In this document: in pieces, positions 24,804 to 35,836 of the stretch
How the letters are laid out: each line of letters opens with the position of its first letter
Position numbering within the stretch: the stretch's first letter is position 1
NCBI GenBank assembly: GCA_001724265.1
Contig: MEDY01000372.1
Location: 1-55,133, forward strand
DNA: 55,133 nucleotides
Direction: 5' to 3'
From: Rhizaria sp. SCN 62-66
Taxonomy: Eukaryota
Made by a program: the position numbers and the translations under genes
Notes under the pieces: generated by a model
What the model was told of the DNA's origin: nothing
Database searches by the model: none
What the model saw: the letters and a program-made list of their open reading frames with translations, nothing else

Positions 24804-27775
24804 TTAAGCTGCGCACATCAAAAAGTGCACCAAATACAGCACAAAGAGAAAGAGTCCCTCAAAGATACATACAAAGCAAAAAAGGGTTTTAAATGGGAAA
24901 AAGCAAGAAAAATAACCAAAACGCGACAGAATGTGGGGACTCAGGTGAAAAACGGCATCTAGAACCGCGATGAGTGCATTGGGTAGGCTGACACAAAAAA
25001 CACGAACCATGAGAAGCAGGAGTGCAACAAGACGTGACCATGGTGACCATGACGAGGCTTGCTCCTGTTCCAGTTGAAATACTTCTAACTGTGCTTTTAC
25101 AGACATCTTCGAGTTCAATAAGTAAAAATTGCGAGTTTTAAGCTTTTTAATTATGGACTGAAGTGTTACAATATTATGTTGCAACGAATTGTTTCCAACT
25201 TCTGCGATCTGCAGCCTACTCTCCAGCTCAAATGGATGCTGATACCATGAATTGTCAGGCGAGTAACAACTGCGCAGCATTCGAATGTGAGCAGTTGCTT
25301 TGTCAGCTCTTCGCTTCGCAGTATCATACTTTTTCTGATACAAAATCCAAGATTGCAGCGCAAATTTGTACTTACTTTCCCATCCAGTCTTGCACCGACG
25401 CTATGCAGCATCTACACAAGCATTTGCCTTTGCAAGCTTGACAAGCAACTCCTGATTGCGCCCTTGCAGAGCGGCAACCGCAGTCTCAGCAGCTATGAGC
25501 CTATCTATGACGGCGTCCGTCTCAGTCGCTACGGCGTCCGACAACAGCTGGAGCGCGCGCGCTTGCTGCACGACGTCGGGGAACGACACGCCGCACCGCA
25601 CGCGCACCACGGCCGAGGCGTCAGCGAGACTGCTTGTGCTGTTGCTCATCGTGTTCTTCGCCTCATAGTCGAGCAGCGCTTGGCTCAAGGATGGCGATAG
25701 ATTAAGGGCGACCGCGGCTGTAGTGCGCACGTTTTCGGCACCAGTGTCGCTTACTGCGTTCCAATTTGCTTCAATTTTAGGACTTTCTCCAGCCAGCCAA
25801 ATTTCACCCGCAGACTCGTTCTCGTTGTTGCCATGCTTGCTTAAACCATCAACCAGGTGCGTGGTGAAGATTGCATTCACGCGACCGAACGTGTTCGCGA
25901 CGGTTGCGAAAGGAGCCACAACATCATCAATCGCGGAAGTCACAGAATAGTGACTCTTGCCCTGCTTTATCTTCTACTTCTGCTTATTGCTATTGCCTTT
26001 GTTGTCCTCCGAGATGCCAGAAACGCTTGGTGTCAATGTCTTCTTATGATTCTTCCTCTTGCCATCGATGCAGTCCTGATTACTGTTCTGTTGCTTTTGA
26101 CTCAAGCTACTGCTGGCGTTTTGAGAGTCGTGGCCGTTGTCGTCGTCGTCGTCGTCGTCGTCATCGTTGGTGAAGACCAGTCTATCTATAGCACGCGCCC
26201 GAGTGCCACAGGCCTTATAGAGCGAATTGAGCGCTTTCCAAATTGGTTTCGCTGTTGTCTCGCAGATAAGTCCGCACTCACACGGCTCGCGCCAGTCAAC
26301 ACCTTCAACGCCGTTACTATCAGTAATGTTAGCAGCCAGAGGTTGCGCCGCACAGATGCAGCCACGGCGCGCGCGGAAGTGGAAGCGCACGCCGCAGAGC
26401 TCGACAGAGCCCAGCTCTACGGGCAGCGCCCCGCGCATGAGCGCAGAAAGCGGCACGTCAGCCTCGCAAACGGCCTCACGCGGGGCCGCAGCGGTGCTGG
26501 CGTCGTTGATCGCGTCCGTGATGACTTCGTAAGCGGTCGTTTGCTCTGAAGTGAGCTGAGGGGAGACGCGGGCAGGCCAGCCGCGGCTCGCAGCGGCGAG
26601 CGCAGACAGCTCCGTAATGCTGGGGGCGGCGACAGACTCTGTAATCAGAGAGAGATTCTCGCGCGCGGTGGCAAGCTTTTTGTCGTCAGTAATGGATGAC
26701 TGCGTAATGTAGAGCTTGAGCTGCGACAGTACGGTCGCAAGGGGCGCCACAGCTTGTGCGGCAAAAGTCTTGCTTTGATCAAGCAGCACTGTGTGCTTGC
26801 TGCTAACGTCGTCCTGGAGCTGCTTCATCGAATTCCTTTGCATCTACAAGGTTTTCAGCAAAATGCAAAAGTTTGGAGCAGCGCAAATATGCAAAGCCAT
26901 TTTGTGAATTGCAATATGGAATCAGCTAGAGTCGACAAACAGCACGGGGCTAAATAGGCATACATGACCCTGTTGCATTGCATGATTTGTTGTGATCATA
27001 ATTTCATCTATTAGACAAACCTAAATCTCGCATTTGAACTTCAAGAGCTGCGGCTGGAGCTGCTCTGCGAGGGCCTGGAGCTCCGTGCGGATGTCAGTAA
27101 GCATGCGGAAACTGTGATCTTTATGCTCGCCTCGCATAATCAAGCACTGTCCGCATATGGGGGTGTTGCAACTGTCGCACCAGTTGACGATATCGATCGG
27201 CGGAGTATGAAGGTGACAGTACTGCAACACAATATACATGTACAGGTGTACATTGTACATATTGTACACCATATCAACAGGTAATGATGAAAAACAAATG
27301 ACGAGTGTCATGAGAGCTGATGATCAAGTGCGAAAGTACATTTGTACTCGCATCGTATTTACGAATAATAGAGATTGAGCAATTGAAAATACAGGTATAC
27401 ATACAAGCGACATATATATGTCAGCATACAATAGCAGATTCGCGGACAAACGTACGTTAGGGTTGTTTGGGAGCACGCTAGGGGCAGTAGTTGGCGTCTT
27501 TGGCTCATGGAGCGCGAGTTGAGTCTAAATTCAGCATAGAGTAGGGGCAACACAACGTGAATGGTCATTTAATTATGCATCAAAGTGAGAGAAAATGGCG
27601 TTTGATAAAACCAGAGGAGTGTCATTAGTCCATCGCGGCGCGGATTGGCGTGTGACCATGATGACTTCGTAAGACTTACCTTCAAACAACTCACACAGCA
27701 GTCCAAAGCTAGACCTCCGGGGGGAGTAATAAAACTTTTTCTGCAGAGCCTACAGCTTGAAACCCGTGCTGACAT
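24804..27775 (-). CDS. B-box zinc finger plus coiled-coil (TRIM-like) protein; exons 27775-27680, 27524-27456, 27221-27021, 26843-24804; in-frame TAG at 27021, 25974 and 25401
   Basis: B-box CHLH...WCDSCNTPICGQCL...EHKDH. N-terminal CxxC...CxxC. All three introns are phase 0 GT-AG. Downstream ORFs 25974..26843, 25401..25943 and 24804..25343 share one frame and are separated only by TAG. Ends TAA; the 3' end could contain a further intron. Confidence 0.7.
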
Positions 27776-28603
27776 AACTGGGTGACTGGAATCATTGTGG
27801 AAACAAATGAGTTTTGGGTGTTGAGTGACACTTAGGGAGCGTGTGTTACATGAGAGGTCGACCCACTTGAGCATGGTGATCTGATAGGACAGTTTTTGAG
27901 AGCTCAGTGCATTTATAATAATAATAATAATAATATGTTTACGTGATATTCTTAGAGCCTTAGCGGCTAAGTGCGCGCTGTTTTATGGCTATCTGCATGC
28001 GGTAAGGTGATGTCATTGCAACAAATAGGATCTCACTTGCTTTGGACGTTTTTGTGGATTTCTGTTTGACCGTGGTGACTGGTGACCACTGGTGACCTGG
28101 TGAGATGTGACGGCCACGACTAGTGTGTGAGCGTGGCTTTGAGATGAATGTGGAGTACCCACTGGTACATTGGCATCAGCTCAAGGTGGTAAATACGATG
28201 AAGACTCACCAGATTGTTTAGGTCGATGAAAGAAAATAAGAAGTAGCTGAGGTGTATACGGACAAACGTTCCCACAAAGGTCATCAAGATCATATTATGA
28301 TATATCAAGCTTGAGCAGTCTTCTTCGGTATTCAGTTTTTCACTTCAAATACGTCTATGTACTCATTATTGATTGCTACGTTCGGCTTCTCATCCCTCAG
28401 GAAGGCCACACTCCGGCAAACTCTATCGAGACCTCGCTTAGTTTCTGTTTCGCATTGACGCGAGCTTAAGAAGTCGCATGAATCACGTCTGCGTCTTGTA
28501 GTCGTAATCTGAATGAAATTAAATCGTAAGCTTATGGTTAAATACTAGTGATTGAAACGCCAGCTCACGTCGGCGCATTCTCTCATAGTCAACCTTAGTC
28601 GAC

Positions 28604-31464
28604 TCAGTCGACCTCGCGAATGAACCGCGAGCGTCGCAGCTGCTCCTTGTCCTTAAGCCCGCGCACGGGCCGCTTGGACTTGCTCGGCGTGTCACTCGCA
28701 CCGGCAGCAGCAGCGGCACCGGCGCTGGCATTGCCGTCCGCGGCAAGAGTAGCAGCAGCAGGAGCGGCAGCGCCTTGCTGCTTCTGCTTCTCGCCTGCAC
28801 TGTTGTTGCTCGCCGCGTTGCCAACGCTGCCTAGACTGCCGTAGTCCTGGCTGTGGCCGCCCTTGTTGCTCCCGGCGCCCGCATTGCCGGCGCCGGCGCC
28901 GGCGCTGTTGGCCGCGGCGGCGGTGTTGCTGTGCGCGCGGCTCAGGCGCTCGCGCTCGTACTCGCTCTCGTCGTCAGCCGAGGCGGTGGCGGTGCGGCGC
29001 ATGCCCCACATCGCGCCCGCGAGCCCCGTGACAAAGAGCAGGCCCTGCGGCGCCGACATCTGCTTGTACTCCTCGAAGAAAACGAGTCCGGAGCAGATCA
29101 CGAGCAGTGTGGAACACGCAAAGTAGAAGGGGTAAACGACCGACGCGCGGCCGCGGCGCAGCGCCTGGTTCAGGAAGTACATACTGGATATAAACCACAA
29201 GAGCAATTAAAAAAGAAAAATGGGTAAACATGTGTGAGGTATGAGTTTGAATAGTCGTAAACTATGAGCGTAAACTAAAGTAGAGTATATTTTTGTAGTT
29301 TCGACCCTGACACGTACGTGGTCGATGCGCAGAAGATGAAGAGGAGGAAGATGAGCCACGAGAGCGGCTGGAACAGGTCAACGGCTTCAGCCTCGGCCGC
29401 TGGGCCCCCGTGCGGCCCCCCCGGCAGCGCCACAGCGGCAGCGGGAGCGGGACTGACTGGGGCCGACAGCAGCGCGGTGCCGTTGCCAGCAATCGCGCCG
29501 TCGCCGTCGCTGTCGCCGGTGACCGCGGCGGCCGCGCCGGCGATGGCGGCCGTAACGGTCTGCCCGGCAGCGTGCGAGGCAGCGCGCGTGGCCTGGGCGA
29601 GCTGGCCCAGCGAGGCCTTGAGCAGCTGCATGCTGCACTTGGCGAAGAGCACGCTGAAACACGCTACCAGAGCGGCGACGAAGGCGGCGACGAGCGCCGA
29701 CTGCGGGAGCAGCTGGCGCACGCACAGCGCAAGCCCCAGCAGCGTGAGCACGGCCGCCGCGAAGACGTGGAACAGACGCGAGCGGAATAGCAGCCGCAGG
29801 CGCGCCAGCGGGTAGTCCTGAGAGAGTCGATGGAGAGGGAATATATGCGGATATAATGAGAGTTTGAGACAATAAATATAGTATAATTAACATGAAAAGA
29901 ATAAAATACTCATTATCAACGTATTTCCTGAGATAAAGATGGATTTGTCGTGTTAAGCGTATTTATGCTCTTTGTTTCAGTCGCACGTACCTGGTTGCCG
30001 TGGGGCGCCGAGAGCACGACGCAGAGGGCGCCGGCGACGATGGCGGCGGCGGCTACGAGGTAGCGGCGCGTAACGCGCTCGTTGTGAAGCAGCGCAGCCC
30101 AGAGCGCGTTGCTCAGCAGCGCGCAGGACGAGAGCACTGCGATGAGCGACTGCGAGCCCAGACCCATTGCCAGCCCGGACAGGACCTGGACAGGGGGGGG
30201 GGGGAATTGAGAAAGGATGAGGAAATAAGCGATTACAAGCAGGAGACATAAGATCAATACACATACATTAAATAAATCATTTAATTCGAGTTGGATATGC
30301 GAATATTGATGCTATCAAAGCTCGTGTCGTCCAGATGGAAAGCAGAGAGAGAGTTTGCAATCATTGTTGTTCTAGATATCACACAAGACGCACCTCGCCG
30401 AGCAGGAAAATGCAGAGCCCGAGCACCCACACCGGAGTGCGGTAGACCGGCGGCACGGCCACCCAGCCGGGCGGCGGCCGCTTGCCCGGGGCCAGCTCCA
30501 GCGCCGACAGCAGCGCAGTCTCGGCGTCGACGTCGGCGTCGTGGGCCTTAGGCAGCGCTAGCGGGCGCGACTGGCGCGACAGCGGCCGCGACGGCGGCGC
30601 GCTCACCGGGTTGCTGCTGTTGCTGCTGTCATTACCGCTGAGGCTGCTGCTGTTGCTGTTGTTGGCATCGACGGGAGGGAACAGGTTGCTCGCGTTGTTG
30701 CTAGAGCTGTCCGTATCGTAGGCGCTTTGCTTCGGCGCAGCCAGAAAGCCAGCGCCAGCGCCGGCGCCAAAAGCTGAGCCAGAGGTGGAGCCAAAGGCGG
30801 AGCCGGAGCTGGAGCCGGACGACAGCAAAGGAGTCGTGACACTGAGCGAGGCGTTGCCGAGCAAGCCCTGCTCCAAGTCTGCGCCAGCGCCAGCGCCGGT
30901 GCCAGCGCCGGTGGCGGCCGCGGCCACGCCGTCGTCACCGTTGCCGCTGGCAAACACAGCGGCCGCCGCAGCGCCGTCGGCGCCGAGGTCTTCGTCGCTG
31001 CCGCTGTCATCATCGTCATCGCTGCTGCCGCTGATGCTGTTTTCGATAGCAGCTGTGTCGGCAGCAGCAGCAGCAGCAGCAGCAGCAGCGGCGGCAGAGG
31101 AAGATGCCACCACGCTGCCTGCAGCACCAGCGTCGTTGTTATTGATGCCCGCAATCAAGCCCGCGCTCGCGCTGCCTTTATCATGCGAGTGCGGGTGGGC
31201 GGCGGCGGCGGAGGCCCCATAGGCACCGGGCCCGGTCGCGGGGGCGCCACCGCGCAGGCGCGCGCGCTCCCAGCGCCGATCGGCCCTGCGGCGCGCGCGG
31301 CGCAGCGCGCGCTCGTTGTTCTTGGCGGCGGCGGCCTCGGCGGCGGCGTGCTGCGAGTGGCCCAGCTTCTGCACATTAAGGCCCAGAGTCGTGCAGCTGG
31401 TACCGACGAGGCACAACACGGACGCCAGCGCCCACTGCGGCACGTCGGGCAGCGGAAGTGACAT
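28604..31464 (-). CDS. NIPA-family magnesium transporter (DMT superfamily); exons 31464-30394, 30185-29991, 29817-29318, 29183-28604
   Basis: LGLNVQKLGH, P.W.LGL.IFLLGE, QSLIA.LSS..LL.N, YFLNQAL, VVYP.YF and G.VFFEEY. Exons join in frame through GT-AG introns. Ends TGA. Confidence 0.88.
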
Positions 31465-32219
31465 CGGGCGGGGGCGGGGGCTGCGGGCGGGAGCAGAACG
31501 ACGCCTTCAGAGAGCCGAGTTGAACGGACGTGAGCGGGCTACGCAGGCTCGAGAGGGGGCAGCGCTCTGGGGACGGGTGTGGTGAGCCTTGTTGCGGCAC
31601 CAAGGAGGGTTCGAAAATGAAGCTGCGAGGATCAAATAAAGCAAAGGTGAGATAGACCAAAGCAGTGAGCATGGAGTGCGGTACCGACGAGATAAGTCAA
31701 AGCAGACGGAGGCGCGAGAGAGGTGGGTCTGAGCAACCTTGATGTGATCATAGAGCACGACAACGAAGGTCAGATCGAGTACATTTAAAGGAGAGAGCAT
31801 GATAAGTACATGTAACAAAGATATCAGGCTGTTGTTTTGATCTGGCGAATTTTGACAGAGATACGTTGGAGGACAGCTCGTGGTGACGGAGGAGGGTGCA
31901 ACCACGGTCGCATTCGAGTCGGACAAAGGCTTGCCAGAAAGCCTCTAAATAAGTTGCCAGAGTCTGTTGTATAGCATAAATCAAAGTGAATTGAAGTATC
32001 ATTGCATTATATTATGTATATTCGATTTTATTATTCGCTTAATTTTTGTTCTTCCCCTCACGCTCACACCCCTCTTCCAACCCACGTGCTCTGCACTTTG
32101 TTCCGTGCGGCTCCAACTTCGCCACAGCACCCAAGCAGCACCCTTTCTGCTCCGTGCACACCTGATCTACCCGACTTTCTCGCCGCTTTTGCGCCGCTGC
32201 ATTGTCTTTGCGAGAGCCC

Positions 32220-34838
32220 ATGCTGCGCGTCTCCCTGCTGCGCCTGGCCCGCTCCAGCGGCGGCACAGCAGCCGCGGCCGCGGGTCGCTCTCTGCCTCAC
32301 TGCAACACAGCTCCCGCAACCAAGCTCACCACGGCGACAGCAGCCTTCTCCGCACTCCTGTCATCGTTTGCCCCGCGCCGCTGCTTCACCGCCGTCGCCG
32401 CCCCGCACCCCGTGGCCCCGCCCCACGCGTTTCCCCGCCGCGCGCACACGCCGCCGCCGTCCGCGCTGCCGTCGACGCCGCTACCACCGCTGACTGCGCC
32501 CGCCGCCGCCGCACTGGGCCCCGGCTACGTGCAGTACGTGTCGGGCTACGGCTATTTCCCCGTGCGCGATCCCGCGGCGACGGCGGCGGCTCTGCGCGCG
32601 GCGTTGTTGCCTACAGGCGCGACGGGGCGCGTCTACGTCGCCGCCGAGGGTGTGAACCTGCAGGCGACGTGCCACCCCGCGCAGACCGAGGCCGTGGTCG
32701 CCGCCGTGCGCGCCGTCACCGATCCGCTTGACCGCGCCGTCGCCGAGCACGACCGCGGCAGCGAAGGCGGCGGCGGCGACGGCTGTAGCGGGCGTAAAAT
32801 GCGCATCTTCAGGAACGAAGTCGTTAAAGTCACCACAAACGACGCCAACAACAACAACAACGGCACGACAGGCTCCGCCCCCGCCCCCGCCCCTGCCACT
32901 GACACTGCGGCGACCGCGGCGGCGACTGCGGCGGCAGAGGATAGCGCGACTGTGGCCGTGGGCGCGCCCTTCGCGGGGCTGGTGGTCAAGGCGCGGCCGC
33001 TGCTGCAGGAGGGCGGCGCGCTGGCCCCCTCGCTCGCGGCGGTGCTCGACGGGCACATGTCGGCCTACAAGCACCTGCCCCCACGCGACTGGCACCGCGA
33101 CATGAGCCGCATCCACGAGGCTAAGCGCGCGCTGGCACAGCAACAACAGCAAGCGCAACAGCAAGCGCAGTCGACACTGTCGTCTTCTGACGCCGCGTCT
33201 GATGCTGCTTTAGCTGCGGGCGCCGTCGAGCGACGCAAGGATGCCGAGGCGCTGATCTTGGACGTGCGCAACCTGTACGAGTTCGAGCTGGGCTCGTTCC
33301 TGCACGCGACCCCGCTCACCGTGGGCTCCTTCTCGGCCACCTATCCCGAGCTCGACCGGCTCCTCGGCATCGCGGAGGGCAACGACGCCGCTGCCACTGC
33401 CGCTGACTCTGCCGCTGCGTCTGCGTCTGCCTCCACTTTAGTGAGCGACCCCATCGTGGCTGCGGCGCGTGCCCTTCGCGCGCGGCCCTTCGGCGTGCGC
33501 GCCGACGGGACCCGCTTCGCCGCCGCTGAGGCCGCGGCCGCGTTCGAGGCCGCCGTTGTGCCGCAGGTGGACTGGGAGAGCGCCGCAGTTGTCGTTGAAG
33601 CCAACGACGTCCGCACGCTCGCCGCCAGGCAGCGCGCGCTCGAGCGGGCGCGAGCGCTATCGCCAACCAATGCTGCCGCTGCTGCGAAGGATGTCGCCGC
33701 CCCAGCCGCTGCTGCCGCTGCTGCCGCTGCCGCTGCTGCGGACGCTGCGGTGACCGCGGCTGCCGAGGCGGCCGCGCTGGCCGCGCCGCCGCTGGTGCCT
33801 GCGCCCGCGGGCCCCGTGGCGCGCGACCGGCGCATCCGGATGTTCTGCACTGGCGGCATCCGCTGCGTCAAAGTGGGGGCCTACCTCGCGGCCCGGGGCT
33901 TCACCGACGTCGCCGTGCTCGAGGGCGGCGTCAACGCCTACGCCGAGTTCGTGCGCAACAACACGATGGCCAGCAACAGCAGCAACAGCAGCGAAACCGA
34001 TGCCAGCAACAGCATTGAGGGCGCGAGCGATGCCATGGCAGCACAGAGCGAGAGCGTCGCGACTGCTCCCGGCGAGAATGCCCGCCTCACAGCGTCCGAC
34101 GCCGCGTCCCTGCTGGCCCCGGTGACCGTGGCGGCGACGGTCCCGCGCTTGCGCGCCGCGCCCGCGCCGCTGCGCTCTGCGTCGCTGGTGTCAACCTTCG
34201 TGGGCGGCAACGTGGTCTTTGACGAGCGGCGCGTCGTCCGCGTCACGGACCACCTGCTGGCGCGCTGCCACCAGTGCGGCTGCCCCTGCGACATGCCGCG
34301 CAACTGCGCGCAGCCGCGCTGCAACGCGCTGCTGCTGCAGTGCGCGCGCTGCGCCGTCGTGTACCGCGGCGCCTGCTCCGTCCAGTGCGCGACTGAGTTC
34401 CACAGCAGCGACCACGCGGCCGCCGCGGCGAGCGTGAGCACTGCAGCGGCTGCCGATGCTGAGGCGCCGGCCGCTGTGGCTGCTGCGCCTGCGAGTGCAG
34501 CGACGAATGTCTCTGCGGCGGCCGGAAGCGACGCCCCCGGCGGCGTGACGCCGCTGGACATGTCTGTGAGCGGGCGCGCCGTGCTGGACCGCATTATGGC
34601 CGAGAACACGCGCATTATGGCCGAGAACGGTGAGAGCAGGCGCGTCGCCAACCTCAGTCAAAGCTACAATAGCAACAACAGTGGCAATCGCGTCAGCGGT
34701 AGTGAGTTGCAGCTCGAGGCCGGCGAGAGCAGCAGGCACCCGGTGACGCTGCGGCTCTACCCGCCGCTGCTCACGGGGGCGCGCTCGCGGCTGGTGCCTC
34801 TGACGCGGCCAGTCGACATCGTCACCGGCGCAGACTGA
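32220..34838 (+). CDS. TrhO/YceA/TSTD2-like rhodanese-domain protein with a putative mitochondrial presequence
   Basis: GRVYVAAEGVN, LDVRNLYE.ELG.F, MFCTGGIRC.K, LEGGV..Y, F.G.N.VFDER and a C-terminal Cys cluster (CHQCGCPCD...NC...CN...QC..C). N-terminus MLRVSLLRLARSS. Ends TGA. Confidence 0.85.
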   Translation: MLRVSLLRLARSSGGTAAAAAGRSLPHCNTAPATKLTTATAAFSALLSSFAPRRCFTAVAAPHPVAPPHAFPRRAHTPPPSALPSTPLPPLTAPAAAALGPGYVQYVSGYGYFPVRDPAATAAALRAALLPTGATGRVYVAAEGVNLQATCHPAQTEAVVAAVRAVTDPLDRAVAEHDRGSEGGGGDGCSGRKMRIFRNEVVKVTTNDANNNNNGTTGSAPAPAPATDTAATAAATAAAEDSATVAVGAPFAGLVVKARPLLQEGGALAPSLAAVLDGHMSAYKHLPPRDWHRDMSRIHEAKRALAQQQQQAQQQAQSTLSSSDAASDAALAAGAVERRKDAEALILDVRNLYEFELGSFLHATPLTVGSFSATYPELDRLLGIAEGNDAAATAADSAAASASASTLVSDPIVAAARALRARPFGVRADGTRFAAAEAAAAFEAAVVPQVDWESAAVVVEANDVRTLAARQRALERARALSPTNAAAAAKDVAAPAAAAAAAAAAAADAAVTAAAEAAALAAPPLVPAPAGPVARDRRIRMFCTGGIRCVKVGAYLAARGFTDVAVLEGGVNAYAEFVRNNTMASNSSNSSETDASNSIEGASDAMAAQSESVATAPGENARLTASDAASLLAPVTVAATVPRLRAAPAPLRSASLVSTFVGGNVVFDERRVVRVTDHLLARCHQCGCPCDMPRNCAQPRCNALLLQCARCAVVYRGACSVQCATEFHSSDHAAAAASVSTAAAADAEAPAAVAAAPASAATNVSAAAGSDAPGGVTPLDMSVSGRAVLDRIMAENTRIMAENGESRRVANLSQSYNSNNSGNRVSGSELQLEAGESSRHPVTLRLYPPLLTGARSRLVPLTRPVDIVTGAD

Positions 34839-35117
34839 CGATGTGACCGCGTCGCTCGTAGCCGCGATGGAGAGGGTTTATTTATTGGATTGGTGATGTT
34901 GTCACATAATTGAGTTATGGGGTCATTATCAAATAGAAGTAGTACATATTAACTTCCAACGATGGTTGATGAACATTGATAACGTCCGTCAACCCCATAA
35001 CTGCATTTGCTGCTCTTCTCCTGCCAACTTCACCGGTCATCTCAATCGACTCGTGAATCTCTAGATTGTATCACGTACAACATAATTTAGTTTGCAGTTA
35101 ATTTTACTATAAAGTAC

Positions 35118-35585
35118 ATGTATTCACTTGTGCGCGGCGTTGCGCATAAACTTATATCTGCAGTAACATTTTGTGACCTCACCGATGAGAAGTGGCGATG
35201 TTCTAGTTATGAATGGTTTTTAGTTGCGGAAACACACATTTCGCGCTATAATTTCTTGTGCTACCCTGAGAGTGATGACGAGGACGATGACGGGCTCTGG
35301 GGTCTGGGGGCGCATGAGTCCGCTGATGAGGCCGATGAGGATGAGGATGCGGATTACAGCGACTTCGATGATGATAGTGACGTTGCAAGCGATGATGATG
35401 ATGGAGGCAGGAGCAATGATACCCACAGCAGTGACGGTGATGAAGAAGACACACACGATTGCTGTAATGACTCGTATTGCTCCCACGGCAAACTCTTACT
35501 GCGAAGCGGTCAGCGCCACCGACCACCTCGCCGAGCTCATCACGCCCTACATTGCGCGCGTGGTGAAGCCGCTGGAATGATGTGA
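35118..35585 (+). CDS. Possible small acidic hypothetical protein
   Basis: 155-aa ORF with an Asp/Glu-rich core and no recognised domain. The 5' boundary is uncertain. Ends TGA. Confidence 0.35.
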   Translation: MYSLVRGVAHKLISAVTFCDLTDEKWRCSSYEWFLVAETHISRYNFLCYPESDDEDDDGLWGLGAHESADEADEDEDADYSDFDDDSDVASDDDDGGRSNDTHSSDGDEEDTHDCCNDSYCSHGKLLLRSGQRHRPPRRAHHALHCARGEAAGMM

Positions 35586-35836
35586 ACAATTTGGATCAAA
35601 GAAAGAATAAAGAAAAGCGGAGTGTATTTTTGAAGCGTTAGCGACAATAGTGACGTTCGAGTCATAGAGTGCTACTAATAAATAAATCTTGAGACGGGTT
35701 AATTGAATAAATAACTAATATAAACAAAGTCACAAGGTGGTACGCTTATAATAGCGCAATTATGACATTCTTTGCACCAAGTGTCAAGACAGCGACCGAA
35801 ACAAGTGGCACACTGACAGCCTAAGCTGCAGTCTGA

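Noticed and set aside
10904-25976. Pseudogenisation or sequencing error as the cause of the in-frame stops
   Set aside because: Random decay should also produce TAA, TGA and frameshifts. All eleven interruptions are TAG, catalytic and zinc-binding residues are intact, and no gene ends in TAG. Not formally excluded without reads.
10904-27023. Pyrrolysine or selenocysteine recoding
   Set aside because: Pyl is not known in eukaryotes and no pyl genes are present. Sec uses UGA. The TAGs lie in non-catalytic regions.
34590-34628. 21-bp in-frame duplication (RIMAENT-RIMAEN) in the TrhO-like tail
   Set aside because: An ordinary slippage duplication in a non-conserved region.
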